Of a stretch of DNA of 64,000 nucleotides, positions 27,901 to 41,900 are shown one piece after another. The first letter of the stretch is position 1, and each line of letters starts with the position of its first letter. This DNA comes from Chrysomallon squamiferum (lineage: Eukaryota; Animalia; Mollusca). The translations under genes were made by a program, and so were the position numbers. Below the pieces are notes generated by a model. The model worked only from the letters and a program-made list of their open reading frames with translations, searched no databases and had not been told where the DNA came from. The DNA lies in NCBI GenBank assembly GCA_012295275.1, contig CM022667.1:21576001-21640000 (forward strand), written 5' to 3'.

Positions 27901-30900
27901 GAAACTGTGATTTGTTCTATAAATATTTAATTCACAGAATTTATGGATTCCCATTTTCATCAACAGCATATGTTGTGGAGAAAGATATGGTCTTTGTGTA
28001 AGTTTTAAAATATATTTAGCATGTTTGTTTTGAAAAATGTTAAAAACAACTGAAATGGTCTTTGCAGTAAAACTATGTTTTTGTTTAACATTTATAATTT
28101 TTTTCACTTTTTTAAACTAATTTATTTATTATCAGTTTCTTGAGCACAGCTATGAATAGAACAATAAAAACAGTATGTCTGAACATGGCTTACTATAGTA
28201 TGCACTCTCCATTAAAATCATGTGTTACAGATTTATGATTAATGACATTTCATGTTGAAAGTTTTAACCACAATATTGACACACACTCAGTTGCTTAGTT
28301 AATTTCTATTTCAGACCAGCAGGATGGGATAATGAAAAGAAGATTAGTATATTGTATGAAAATATGCGAAATATGAAACCTGATGATCCATATGAAGACA
28401 TCATAGTAAAACCAATTATGAGAAAGGTAATGCACTGTGTACTTCGAATATTCTTTGAATTTAATTATAAATAACTAATTATAAATATGCTAAATGAGAT
28501 TAACATGATGATATCTATGGTTGTTTTAGCCGGTGCAGCGTGACGCAGAGGTGTATGTAGAAGATGAACAAGTCTTTCTTGCCAGACAACAAGTACAGCT
28601 GGGCAAACAGCCAGCTCCTGGAACGGGTAGTCCCGCTGGAGTAAGCAAACTATTTTTTAATTATTTGATCAGTAATAGTTCTGTTGATATTCAGTAAATT
28701 CAGGAAGAAAATAGCTTGCTGATAACTCAGTTTAAAAATAAATATGAACACAAACTATTTTTGTTTTTGCTTTTTAAATGTGATCTCTTTTCAGTTGTTT
28801 TCGTTCGCTTGAAGCTGAAGTTATGTGTGTTAGCAATACCACATTGTTGTTAGATAATGTCAATAATCACAGTTCTCCCAGTGTCAAATTTATTAATGCT
28901 CATTATTTCAAAACCAAAACATGTTTAGCTAAAAGCAGTTATAAGTGTGAATGCAGCTAATGCGTATAACTGAAATGGAAATAAATTTGTTGATGAAGTA
29001 TTTGTGACTGGTTAAAATGAAGCTATTTTCACTGTTCAGGATGGCACTCCAGCCCGACAACACCGACCTGTTGGTTCTGGTTCTAGGCAAGACAGAACAA
29101 TGATTACTCCCCTTGCTTCAAGTACTCCGCGACCAATGAAGGTAATCAGCTGCATCGTGTTTATTATTAATAAAAATAATTTTTAAAACATTTATAACAC
29201 ATATCAGCTTGTAGAATTGTTAAATTTATGAATGTTAGGATGTTGAACACTTTGGTAAGAAGTATTATTTTTAGACTATTTTTTTTAGATATTTCCATGA
29301 TAAAGATTGTTTCATTAATGCATCAAGTAAAAACTGTTGCTTGTCCATGTAAAAGTTTCAGAATTATCAGTTATATAAATGCATGTTTTTCATCATATAA
29401 ATCAAATAACCCAAAGAGTGAATCAAATTAATATCTCCTCTTTTTTTAGACAAACATTTGAAATGTTTAAACCAATTCCAAAATATTAAAATGTTTGAAA
29501 CCATATCGATTACAATATTGCAATTTGGAACCTAGTAGAATTAATCGTAACATATGGTTTTTAAATGAAATCCAACAACACTTTTTTATCTAACTTTAAA
29601 TAAATCAAAAACAAAATATTTTGGTTTATTTCCATTCATCAGTATTTAAAATAATTATAGTTGTTTTAGTAATATTTCCAATAATATCTCAGCCATTGTT
29701 TCTTTCTGTCAACAGAGTTTACAGAGAGTAAGTTTATTTTGATCTATATAATTTTGTTGTATATGCAGCTAGTAATTCTCATGTATGAGCTTTTTATATC
29801 TTCATCAGTTTATATTTCAACCCCATTCTTTGCTATCATTCACTATGTTCATAACTGTCACTTCATTATTTTTGTATATATTTAATATTAGACAAGAACA
29901 GAAGAATAGGAGAGAAAAAGCAAGGCATCTGAAATAAAAGCAGGAATAAAAAATATTTTTTAATTTAAGTAAACAATGAAGGAATCATGTTAGGTACTAA
30001 TTCTTGCCAGTTTAATATAACTGATTTTTCTTCAAAAACCTCTCATGGTTGTACAGTCAGAAAAAAGTGAAGAAGCTGCCATATAATAACATCCATATAT
30101 TTCTTGTAGGCATTCATTTTAAATGGAAAAACAATTTCTGTATGTACTTTCTCCACAATAGAAGCATCTTAGTATGTTTCCACTAATTAATATTAATCTG
30201 CTCATGGTCAAAATCATATATACTGTCTAGCATGCTAACATAAAGCCAAACTCTTTATTACTATTGAGATGGCTTAATTAAAACTGAAAAAATTGCTGAA
30301 AGATATTAAATTTCAAGCAGACAGCATTGTTAAGCCAGTAAGAACATTTTTATAAATTTAAAGTACATGATAGTATAGTTCTCAGATTTATCATTCAACT
30401 ACAGAGAATATGTTTTTACTCTATTTCTGTTTAATTACATGCATGGCACTATTTAAAATGGCTTTAATGAGTAAAATTAATAAATACAAATTTGCATCTC
30501 CATTATGATTGTTTTTACTTTTCTTTAAATTTATTTATTTATTTTGCAATTACATTAAGTTAAGTATCACTGCTTCCCTAATTTTTATGCTCTTTAAGTG
30601 ATCTATTTTAAAATTAAATGTCTGTTTGAAACTGTGTTTTTAATTATTTCTTCTTTAAGTAAATTAAAAACATCTACTATTTTTCTATTTTTTTGTATTG
30701 CTGTAAAACATATACAATACTTCTAACAAGCTTCAGCTTTAGTGTGGCTAATGATTAATATTAAATTACAAGTAGATAATGTACACAGAACTGTGACAAT
30801 AAAATATCGTTTGCTGAATTTCTTGATCATTTTAGACAACAAAGCTGGATGTGTTACTCTGTGCTTTATTTATTTCTAATAAACTTTATTAATATTTCTA

Positions 30901-31273
30901 CAATGGGTTTTACTAAAAAGGTGGGAACAAAAGAAAGGTAAAAATGATAAGAAAAATAAAATGTAAAAAAAATAAATGAAAATTAAATTTTCCCTCAAAT
31001 ACATATAATAAACCACAAAGAAAAAGGAAAACTAAAAACAATAAAAATTTGTATTCTAAATTTGTAGATTAATTAATTTATTTATTTTAATTTCTTAAAA
31101 TAATAATTTATGGTATAACCTTAAAAAAAGAAAAAAAAAAAAAAATTGAAATTCTTAATTAAACTACCATATCAATTTTGCTGTCTATTTATTTTTTTAT
31201 TATTTATTTTTTCCCATTAATCATTCTTTTTATAATGATTGTTTTATTTCAGAATATAAAATAAACACGAAAA

Positions 31274-31317
<44 letters not shown>

Positions 31318-32185
31318 AACATTACAAACATTTTTTTTATAAATATTAAATAAATGAAGTAAGAAAATTCTGATTTAGAAATAAAAGGTTTTTTTTTTTA
31401 AATTCCCATTACTGTGTGGCAGTTAACAACTTGAGGACTCTGATCTGAAACTGTAGGTTAAAATGCATGTGGCACCTGTGTAAATTAGTGCTGTTGTTTT
31501 TCAGCCTACTGATCCTAACAAGGTGACTCCAGGTGCTGCTAGTGAGGGCATGCTGGCTAATTTCTTCAACAGTTTACTGCACAAGAAACCAGGAGCAACA
31601 GTTACAACTGGTAAAGGTGACATTTTATCTGTGTTGTTATTGTTAGTTAGACTAACAATAAGGAATTTCTGCTGCTCTTGATTGTAATCGTTTTTTGTTT
31701 GTTTTTATTTTTTTCATTTCTTATTTTTGTGAGTCATATTTTATAGAAACAGTTAAAAAGAATTCTGCTGTAAATAACCTATAGATTTTTAAGAAATGTC
31801 CTTAATATTTGATTGTTATAAATAACTGATAACTATCTTTACTTTATTATCTCCTTTTATGTTATCATCATCATTGTTGATATTTTGGTTATCATCATCG
31901 TTGTTACTTTTGTTATCATTTTCATTGTTATTGTTAGTATCTTCATAACACTTATTGTTATCAATATTATTATTGTTGTTGTTATTATACTTTAATATTA
32001 TTTTTGTTATTGTTATTGTTATTATCATCATCATTACCATTATTTGTAGATCCTAAATATTTTTACCTATATATGTTTCAGATAAGGCTGCCATGACAAA
32101 GGATGCAGTGGCGGAATTGGAGAGAATGAAGCTAGAGAAGAAGATGGAGACTAATTCCAATGACACAAGTGCTACAGGTTCCTGA
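20917..32185 (+). CDS. DYNC1LI: Cytoplasmic dynein 1 light intermediate chain (co-ortholog of DYNC1LI1/2)
   Basis: Exons 20917-20999, 23072-23145, 23457-23573, 23894-24124, 26802-26992, 27295-27388, 27862-27997, 28315-28426, 28530-28640, 29040-29141, 31505-31610 (or 31616) and 32082-32185 (TGA), all phase-consistent. Motifs: QNLWANILSEV, P-loop [91 protein letters not shown], and the adaptor-binding helix [13 protein letters not shown]. Confidence 0.97.
25951..26684 (+). mobile_element. Internally deleted Tigger/pogo DNA transposon in DYNC1LI intron 4
   Basis: TA target duplications at 25949-50 and 26685-86. TIRs CAGTGGTACCTTAACTTAAG and CTTAAGTCACTGTACCACTG. Carries an N-terminal CENP-B/psq-type HTH fragment [45 protein letters not shown]. 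Confidence 0.88.
27389..27861 (+). other. U12-type (minor spliceosome) GT-AG intron of DYNC1LI
   Basis: 5' splice site GTATCTTT, branch point CCTTGAC (27846-27852) about 10 nt before CCAG, and no long polypyrimidine tract. Splicing restores the conserved FCLK-Y-GAAL. Confidence 0.85.
29716..29727 (+). CDS. Candidate 12-nt alternative microexon of DYNC1LI (SLQR)
   Basis: TTGTTTCTTTCTGTCAACAG|AGTTTACAGAGA|GTAAGT: frame-preserving and stop-free within a phase-0 intron. No transcript evidence available. Confidence 0.55.
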
Positions 32186-33315
32186 GTGTGCAGACAGTTC
32201 TTTTCTCCTCTCTACAGGGCTAATTATTCCTGCTTATTTTATGTCTTAAACTGCTTTCTTCTTTATTGTGGGAATGAAATAATATCAGAAGCAACACAAG
32301 GTCAAGCAAACATTGTGAACAGGCCTGTGTTTTCCATGAACTGACACAGCGAGGCTTCTATCTTAATGTATCATCTGTGCATGTATATTATACATCATCA
32401 GCCTAGATGTTTCCATCACTGCTTGAAGAAAGGCATTCTTATTTGAAAAGAATAATAATAATAATAAAGCTCTGTGAATTAAAACTGTGAGTTAATCACA
32501 GGTTTTCAGATTGTAAATAACTTGCAAATTATAACTTGCTGCCTTCATTCATAGTTAGTTATTTGTCTCTTAATTTATTAAAGACTTAGTACCAAACATG
32601 TTGTGTGTATCAATATTAGCAAAATATAATAAAATGATAAAATATAACTGTCACATCTTTTGAAGTTGATGAGAATAAAGGGATAGAAAAGAAAATTTTC
32701 CAAAGAATTGAAATGGTAAGTTTCAAAGACAACAGTGGATTGAAATGGGAATATTTGGATCAATTAAAATTGGAAATTGAAATGGGAATTTGAAACCTAC
32801 TGAAATGAAAAATATCCAACAGATAGAAAGGGCAGTTCTCAAATGTAATATTTTTCCTTTGATTATTATCATGATTATGGTTATTTTAATTTTAGAGACA
32901 TTTGAAAGAATGAAATGCAAATTTGCAGATAGGTCGCTGTGGGTTTTTAAAGAGATAAAAATCTGATCTCATATGACATTAAAAATAAGTTGTTTTTGAC
33001 TAGTCTAGGAATTATTTACTATGGTAAAGACTATTTGATATGATTTTTCCTTCTGTAAATTACCTTGTTAATTTTTAACATAGATTTTATATCTGAGGTT
33101 AACATTGGGTAATCTGAAATTTGATCTTAATAGTTAAAAAGTAACAAAGTTTCCTAATTTAATTTATTTAATTCTGTTGAGAACTACATTTTTATGTATT
33201 GGATAAGTTAAAATGGCCATTTGCAATAACTGCTATTTGTAAACCATAGGAAATGATTTATTTTAAAAATATTTAGATGAAGAAATAATTATTTGTAATG
33301 CTTATTTATATAATA

Positions 33316-33618
33316 CAGGTTGAGAATCCTTTATTCAAAATTCTTAGGGCCAGAAATGTTTTAAGATACTGCAATTCTCTGGATTTTGGAATATAAGGAG
33401 ATAGCCTGAGAAAACGATATGTCTAAATACAAATTTTATTTATATTTCAAGTGCTGCTTATTCAAACAGTCTGCAGGAATTTTTAAATATCTTTTATAAT
33501 ATTTGGCCATAAAATAATGTTTGTGTATGCAGAACAATCTGAAAACTATAAGGTATCATCACTATGCTGTTTGGATGTTTGGAACATGGAATTTATAATA
33601 ATGGATCCTCAGCCTCTG
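33316..33618. mobile_element. Non-autonomous Tigger-type MITE (ends resemble Tigger4/MER46)
   Basis: TA|CAGGTTGAGAATCCTTTATTCAAAATTCTTAGGGCCAGAA ... GGATCCTCAGCCTCTG|TA, with imperfect TIRs and a TA duplication. Resemblance to Tigger4/MER46 ends is from recall. Confidence 0.7.
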
Positions 33619-34762
33619 TAAAACATAACATTAAAATTATTATTGATATACATGAGAATGTATACTTTGTGGTAGATACTAAGCTGTATGCACAAACTCA
33701 AGTGATAATTATCATGCAGACATCATGGATGCTGCTTTTATAATTAAGTGATTGTTTTTCTGATAGATATATATTTTTTTTAATCCTATTCAAAGGAGAC
33801 TGTTCTTGTCATTTGTGCCTGTACATTTTAGCAGTGTATGTGTTGTTTTGTGATGACTAGTTGGTTACATCTGTTGTAATTATGATAATGGTGCAATGAA
33901 ATCTATTCAAATTCTGCTTTTAAAAACAGTCAAAACCACAGTCAAGTTGTAAAATAATGAAAATCAATTGTAGCACATATTCAGTCCTGCACTTCACTTT
34001 CTTTATTGTTGATGTTTGTGTTAATATTGAAAACAAAATACAATTTGGAGTGATGATTAATGAGATTTTGCAAATTATAATGGGTGAATTAATTTAGAAA
34101 GTGTATACTACAGGTTAAATATTATTTTGGTTATGAGGAAACTGGGCATTCATAATGTATCATCAGTAATAAATAATACAGATTTAAAAATCAGATTTGG
34201 TTCTTATCTAATTAAAATCTAAAAGGTAACATGATAAGCTGGTTTGGAAAACTTTGTAGTCTTGCATCAGAATGAGTTACTTTTGATAATCTCAAATTAC
34301 AGATTGTAAATGAGGAATATATATATACAAATATTTAAATCCTACTGTCTTCATTCATTCTCAATGTTGTTATTATTTTTATTATTATTATGAAGTTTTA
34401 ATACTTTCAAACTATAGATTGTAAATCTGAAATATACATATAAAATATTAAAACCTTTTTTCCTTCTTCATTTTGAGATACTGAATTAGATGTTTTATGG
34501 TAATTGTATATATTTGAAAATGGACACAAACAGTTAAAGACAAAGGGCCATCTTGCAGTGTTTCCGTGAACTGTTTAATGTGAAATCAAATCAGATTCTC
34601 TGATGTATGTGTACAGATGTAAAACCTTTTTCATCTTATTTATTTTAGATTTGAACCACAGTGTTTATTTAAGAAATATGTTTTCTTTCTCATATATTTG
34701 AATTCTGCTTCTTGTGCTTTATCTTTCCGTTCTTTTAAAACACCTAGGTAAGCAAATAATAA

Positions 34763-34815
<53 letters not shown>

Positions 34816-37158
34816 AAATGTATTAGATGAAGAAATGCTGTCAGTGACACCAACACACATAATAGTTTTAAAAAATGGTGGTGCAGGTTCATATTATTTG
34901 TATGATTATAAGAGAAAATCTGCTGCCTGTTATTGGTTAGTTTTCCAGATTTAAACATAATCTCTGCTTTAGTTACCTGAGGTAGCTTCTAGTCAGTTAT
35001 ATCATTGAAACTAATGTTTTGTATTATATAATTATTAAAAAATAATAATAATAATAATTATTCCCCATTATTTATGTGTATACAAAATGTTGCTCATCAA
35101 AAAGGATTCTGAAGTTATTTTATGGAAATAAAACAAAATTACTTAAAATGACTGTTATACGTTAATTATCATAAATTAGCATTAACTGTAAAACTTGAAT
35201 GTCTCCTGAAATCTTTAATGTTTTTAGCTCACTTTACTTTTTCTATCATTTTTCTAATTTCTGAAATTAAGATTACTTCCCTTAAAACTATTTGTTGTGT
35301 GTGTGTGTGTGTGTGTGTGCAAGAGTGTATGCACAAATGAACTGATGAACATACATAGGATGTAACAAAAATGTACACTATTGTGTGTTGTAAATTCTTG
35401 TATTATCATATTACATAGTTCACATACAATGTGAATATAAACTATTGTTGACTGGGTTCCTATGTACTTCAGCCATGTTTAAAATATTGGTAACAGAAAT
35501 AAAGGCAATTTAAACCTAAGAATGAAAAAAAAGAGAAAATATTCAACACCATTCTAAAAGTTAACAAACTAATTTTTACATTAAATTTCAGTTTTATGTG
35601 AGAAATGTATTCATTCCTTAGATTTATGTCATGGAAAAAAACAAAACTTTACTCGCATCATTTTGTCTTCAGATGATAAAGAACTTTCAAAACACCATTA
35701 TTAACTGATCATTTTATTTTTATTAGTTCTTACCAATAAATATCTTATTAAAACATTGAGGCAGTTCTTTTCTTCTGTTGTTTTTTTTGACAGCAAAACA
35801 AATTTTGTTATGTCAATATAGGACAAATGAGATTACAAACCACAATAAACATAGCAAGTAAAGAAATTCAGTTAATGTGCTGGATATTGGGGTGTTTAAG
35901 AAGTACTGTTGTTTAGCTCAGTACAAGCAAACCCCTTGGTATAAACAATGCGAAGTTTATTATTATTATGTTATTTTATTTTATTTTTTCTGGATGCTGT
36001 GGAAGAAACCTGCATACATAATAAATGTATGCGTCATTAAGTCTTCCTTCTTTTTCAACTGTCAGTATATGTGAATTATACTGTTAGTTTTTGTTTAGTA
36101 ATAAAATAAAATATAAGCAATGTATTATACTTAGTGCATAATAAATTACAGGAATATGAGACCTGTTAATAAATTTCAGTTATTAAATAAGATCAACAGT
36201 TTGTAGTAATTAGTGGAAAGCTCCCCATGACAACAGATTGATAGTTTCAAATTTTTCTTCGTTATTTTAATCTGTACATTATTTGTATCAATGAATTTTG
36301 AAAAAAGATATCAATTATTTTATAAGTAATCAATATTTGGTATTATTTTAAATAACTGAAACACTTTTTTTTTTTATTTTTTTTTTTTTATGAAATATTT
36401 CTCTTCCTTCAGAAAGTAAAGCTATGCCTGCTGTTTTGTTTAAATAAAATATTTTAATTCTACAAATATATAAATTGTTATTTTTTATTTTTAAAGAGTA
36501 GCTCACTTTGACTGGGTATAGGCCAACAAATGATGTGTATATATTGTTACTTGAGTGTTTGAATATCCAAGTTTCAGTTATAAAAATTATTTTTAAAATG
36601 TGTTGGTTATTTTGCAGATAATTAAAGTTTATAAATATTCACTGATTTCACATTGTTCAGTGAAGAACTTATTAACATGTAAATAGTCAGATACATTATT
36701 GGTCACCTCTCTAGCTGTCTCAGATTCGTCATATAAATCTCATTATAGACTGGTAACAGTGGAAACAGATTCCTACCAAATTAGTGAAGTTCAAATTTCC
36801 TAAATAGACGAATTGTTACAAGTTCTTTAGCAACCCAGTTCAGATTGTTGTGATGGTGAATTTTTTATTATTATTTTGGAAAAATTAACTTTGAGATTGA
36901 CTTTTTTTTTTTTTTCAAGTTCAGCTCATTTGGAAATAAATAATATCAAATATATTGGGGTTTTTTTAAATGTAAACTTTAAGCAGATAATTATGTTGTA
37001 GTACATTTAACATTTCCAAAGACCGATAAATGTTTTTATTAGATGTCAAGAGACAGTTTGTACAGATAAATATACTTTATTCTCTATATTAGTTATGTTC
37101 CTTGAGATGATACTTCCACTTATTGAGCTTAAATTATTTTGGTAAAGGTTTTAGCTGA

Positions 37159-37161
<3 letters not shown>

Positions 37162-37244
<83 letters not shown>
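37162..37244. repeat. (AC)n microsatellite
   Basis: Perfect dinucleotide run. Confidence 0.95.
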
Positions 37245-37247
<3 letters not shown>

Positions 37248-40200
37248 GCTGTGTTTTACCTCGTTCTTGTTTTTACTGGTACACAGATTATAGACATTAA
37301 TTAACCTAAGCAATGAAAAGGGATCAAGCTGACTCAGTAATATAATAGATTTTTATTTTATTTTTAAACCTTTAGCTCTTGCTTGGTGATCTGATGGGAT
37401 TTTAGTTGATGCAAAGCCTGTATATATTTAATATAATACTCTTTGTTTTTAAACACATTTTTGTCATTTTGTACTGTTATGATGATTATTATTATGTTAA
37501 TTATTTACTTGCTATAATTCTATTTAGGAACATGTATCTTTTGGGGCATTTACCTTTTTTTTTTTTTTTTTTTTTTTTTGAAGTTCATCAAAAAAAGGTG
37601 GCTTTAACCATTTGAAATACGATTACTATTATTTAAAATGAAATTTTGAAAATATATTTATAACAATTGTTAACACAATGTTGATTTCCAAATTATCTAT
37701 TTCCAGATTGCTTAAATTAGCTACTTATTTTCAGTTTTATTATTGTTTTATTATTTTCATATTTATAATTACTATTAATTGATTTGAAAAGTGTATTTAA
37801 GAGAATTTGACATTTTATTTTAATTATACTTCAATGCAATAATTTTTTAAATTCTATTTTCAATTTGAATAAAGAATAATAAAAGAGAGAAACAGCAAGA
37901 AAGAAAAACCTGAATTTTATACTAGTTTCAGTTTTTAAAAAAACTTTGTTTATTCATTTTTATTTATTTTCTATAAATGTTTAAATATATAAACAACTTA
38001 TGAAATAAAAGATGATTGTCTCCTGCTGAAAGCATATTTACATTAGTTCAGGATTTGCTTCATGTTATGTAAAATTTCCAGGAAATGCCATCTTGGTGGC
38101 CACAATTAAGTGCAATGTTATCTAATTACGTTTTATTAAATTGTTTGGTTTTTGTGTTAAATTTGTTTGCTGTATGATAATACATGTTCATGTTTCTGTA
38201 GTTATATGACGTGTATGTTTTTTATTTACTTTTACCACTAGTTTTTCACTACGCACAAATTTCCCAGTCTTTATTATAGACAACTATATATTGGCACCAG
38301 ATAAATATGATAAATTAAATAATCATTACACTGGAAATAGACTAAATACTTTTAAAGTAAGTTGTTATAAATCTTTTAGTTAAAATTATAATATTTATTT
38401 CTTTATAAAGTTATATATGTATTTATATTTTATTTTCAGTAGCTTTATCCATTTGGAACATAACTTCTTAATAGTAGACTGCTGTCAGCATAAAGCCAGT
38501 GAATGTAAAATATGTCAGGCTCCATGTATCCTTTGTTGTTATCTTGCTGTATTTATCATTTGAAAAAACTGATCATCAACACATCAGCAGAGTAAAATCT
38601 GCTGTTCAGGTTCAAACATTTTGATAAAAACAAGCAATGTAATCAGGACATTCAGTCATGGTTAGGAAAAGTTCTTACACTAAACCTTCAGTGTTAAATA
38701 GAGAACTCTCCCTACATACATTCTGCATACTTCCAGGTTGTGTTTTCTCCGTTTTTGCCATCAATTCTTAACACACTAACACAGGGTAACAAAAGTTGTT
38801 ACTGATAACTGATGGTGTAAGTTAGATGACAAATGTAAGAATCCTTCTTTCCTGTGGCAGTTATTCTCCCAAGAAACAGTGCAGGTAACCCAGCTAGGAA
38901 ATAGTAATTTGAAAATATTCAAAATGTATCCAGGTATATATATGTTCTTCACTGTAATTTTTTTTACTGAATTTTTTTTTACTGAATCAGTATGGTTAAA
39001 TACCAGGCATGTTTATTATTATTACTAATGAAACTAGAGGGAATTACAAATTACCAGCAAGAAAATAATTAGTCATGTGTGAACAATAATGAAAAATTTA
39101 ATAAAGGATTACATACAACTGTCTAACAAAGTAAGCAGCAGCATTTTTCACAGAGAAGTTTAGTGCATAAATTAAATCTTTCTACAAGCAGTGGTATAAT
39201 GTTAACACCAAGAATCTGCATATAAATGTCTGATTCCTTTCATTTGTCAACAGACTGAAACAATACACCGCACGCTGAATTAAAACCAAATTAAAAAATT
39301 AAATGAATTCTTGTTTTCTTTAGTAGTTGAAAAATGCAGTTGGCCTTAACACTAAGTAACTGTTAAGATAAAAGGCAACTGCTGTTTTTGTTCTTTGTGG
39401 ATCTTTTGCTGTTTATTTCAGTAAATAAACATCTGAAACAATCTTGAATATATGAAATGTTAATCAAAGAATTATGAAACAATTTCCTTTCATGTAAATA
39501 ATGACAGCCAAGTAATCAATTACTTACATATTTTAATTACATTTAACAACTTCAAACAGTACTTTACGGTAAATTAATTCAGCAAGAATTTGAAACATTG
39601 TCTCACTGACACACAGTCAAACCTCATAATATAAACCTTGGTTTTAGCCTTATAATGAGTTTTCTGAGATTATGAGTTATTACATCTACCAAGTTTCAGT
39701 CCTGGCTCAAAAATATTCAACTGCTTGGCCAAAAGTATGCTGTGTTTTGTTTGATAATTTGATAAGCTGTTACTTATTTTAAAAAAGTAGGAAAAAAAAG
39801 TGCTACAGCTGAACTATTTACACTGCCTATATTCTTATTATTCGTATTTTTTCTTCTTTTTTTTCTGAAATAATGCCCTCATTATTTTGAAACAATGCTA
39901 TAAGGGAATTATAGAAGATCACATGTTTTGCAACACAAAAACAAGGATAGGGAAGGAATATGGAATTTCTTTAAAGTTTTGTAACTTTTATATTTATAAA
40001 TGGTCTTAAAGTTTCAAAATATTAAAACTTAATGAACAAAAATCCCTGCTTTGAATTACATAATAGCTGACAGCTCTTCACTGCATATGTCCTGAGCTGT
40101 CACACATTCTGAAAATGGGCATTTGACAGTGTACAAAATATGGTCAGTCAATTGCAGCAACCTGATAATATCAACATTACTGACTTAAAACATTTTCAGT

Positions 40201-40351
40201 GGAAACATTCCAAGTTGATTTCTTCTGAATGTTTTGAAAATAAATAAATAGATAAATATTTATTCATGAAATATGACACAAAATGATGGTTTCCTTGATG
40301 ATGATCGGCTGATGGTGATTTATCAGGTACTTTTACTGTTTTGTTTTATTG

Positions 40352-41526
40352 GTTAGTCTCAGAATACAATACTGTTAGTGTTCAGAATACAGTACTGTTA
40401 GTTCAGAATACAATACTATTAGTATCAGAATACAGTAGTTGGTGTCAATATAGTAATGTTAATGTCAGAATACAGTAAGGTTAGTTTCAGAAAACTACTG
40501 TTAGTATCATAATACAGTACTGTTACTATCATAATACAATACTGTTAGTATCAGAATATGGTACTGTTAGTATCATAATACAGTACTGTTAGTATCATAA
40601 TACAATACTGTTAGTATCAGAATACGGTACTGTTAGTTTCAGAATACAGTAGTTAGTATCATAATACAATACTGTTAGTATCATAATACAGTACTGTTAG
40701 TATCATAATACAATACTGTTAGTCTCAGAATACGGTACTGTTAGTATCATAATACAGTACTGTTAGTGTCAGAATACGGTACTGTTAGTTTCAGAATACG
40801 GTACTGTTAGTATCAGAATACAGTACTGTTAGTATCATAATACAGTACTGTTAGTATCATAATACAATACTGTTAGTATCAGAATACGGTACTGTTAGTT
40901 TCAGAATACAGTAGTTAGTATCATAATACAATACTGTTAGTATCATAATACAGTACTGTTAGTATCATAATACAATACTGTTAGTCTCAGAATCACGGTA
41001 CTGTTAGTATCATAATACAGTATACAATACTGTTAGTATCAGTCTACTGTTAATCATAATACAGTACTGTTAGTATCATAATACAATACTGTTAGTATCA
41101 GAATACGGTACTGTTAGTTTCAGAATACAGTAGTTAGTATTTCAATACTGTTAGTATCATAATACAGTACTGTTAGTATCAGAATACAATACTGTTAGTT
41201 TCAGAATACGGTACTGTTAGTATCAGAATACAGTACTGTTAGTATCAGAATACAATACTGTTAGTATCAGAATACAGTACTGTTAGTATCAGAATACAGT
41301 AGTTAGTATCAGAATACAATACTGTTAGTATCATAATACAGTACTGTTAGTATCATAATACAATACTGTTAGTCTCAGGATACAGTACTGTTAGTGTTAG
41401 AATACAGTAGTGAGTGTCAGAATACAGTATTGTTAGTTTCAGAAAACAATACTGTTAGTCTTAGAATACAGTATTGTTAGTGTCAGAATAAAGTACTGTT
41501 AAAGTCAGAATACAATTGTGTTAGTA
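40352..41526. repeat. 22-bp minisatellite (AGAATACAGTACTGTTAGTATC), about 50 units
   Basis: Continuous tandem array with variant units and degenerate edges. Confidence 0.95.
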
Positions 41527-41900
41527 AGAGTATTTTACTTTGCTTACCTTGATTCTTTTTAACAGAGAATATATTTATGTTTAATATTTTGATGGGAAAT
41601 ATGAGATTTAAAGTTTTTTAGAATTAAAACTAAACAATAACAATAATATAATGAAAACAGCTCGTGTATGAATCTGTTGAAATTTACAAATGCTCATGTT
41701 ACATACCATGTCATTACAGTTATTAAAAACGTTTATGTCCACATTATGCCATAGGTAAAGAAGCACATTTAATTACCTTTGGTGAACCAGTCATAACAGC
41801 ATTGGTTGCAGTGTGAAATGGTACACTGAGGAGGCCATGTCTACTTCAGAAAAGGTATATATATATCAGTAAACTATTTTAACTGACAGAATTTCATTCT

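Noticed and set aside
36200-36260. Possible tRNA-derived SINE head
   Set aside because: No convincing A/B boxes or cloverleaf; no tRNA or rRNA gene could be supported anywhere in the window.
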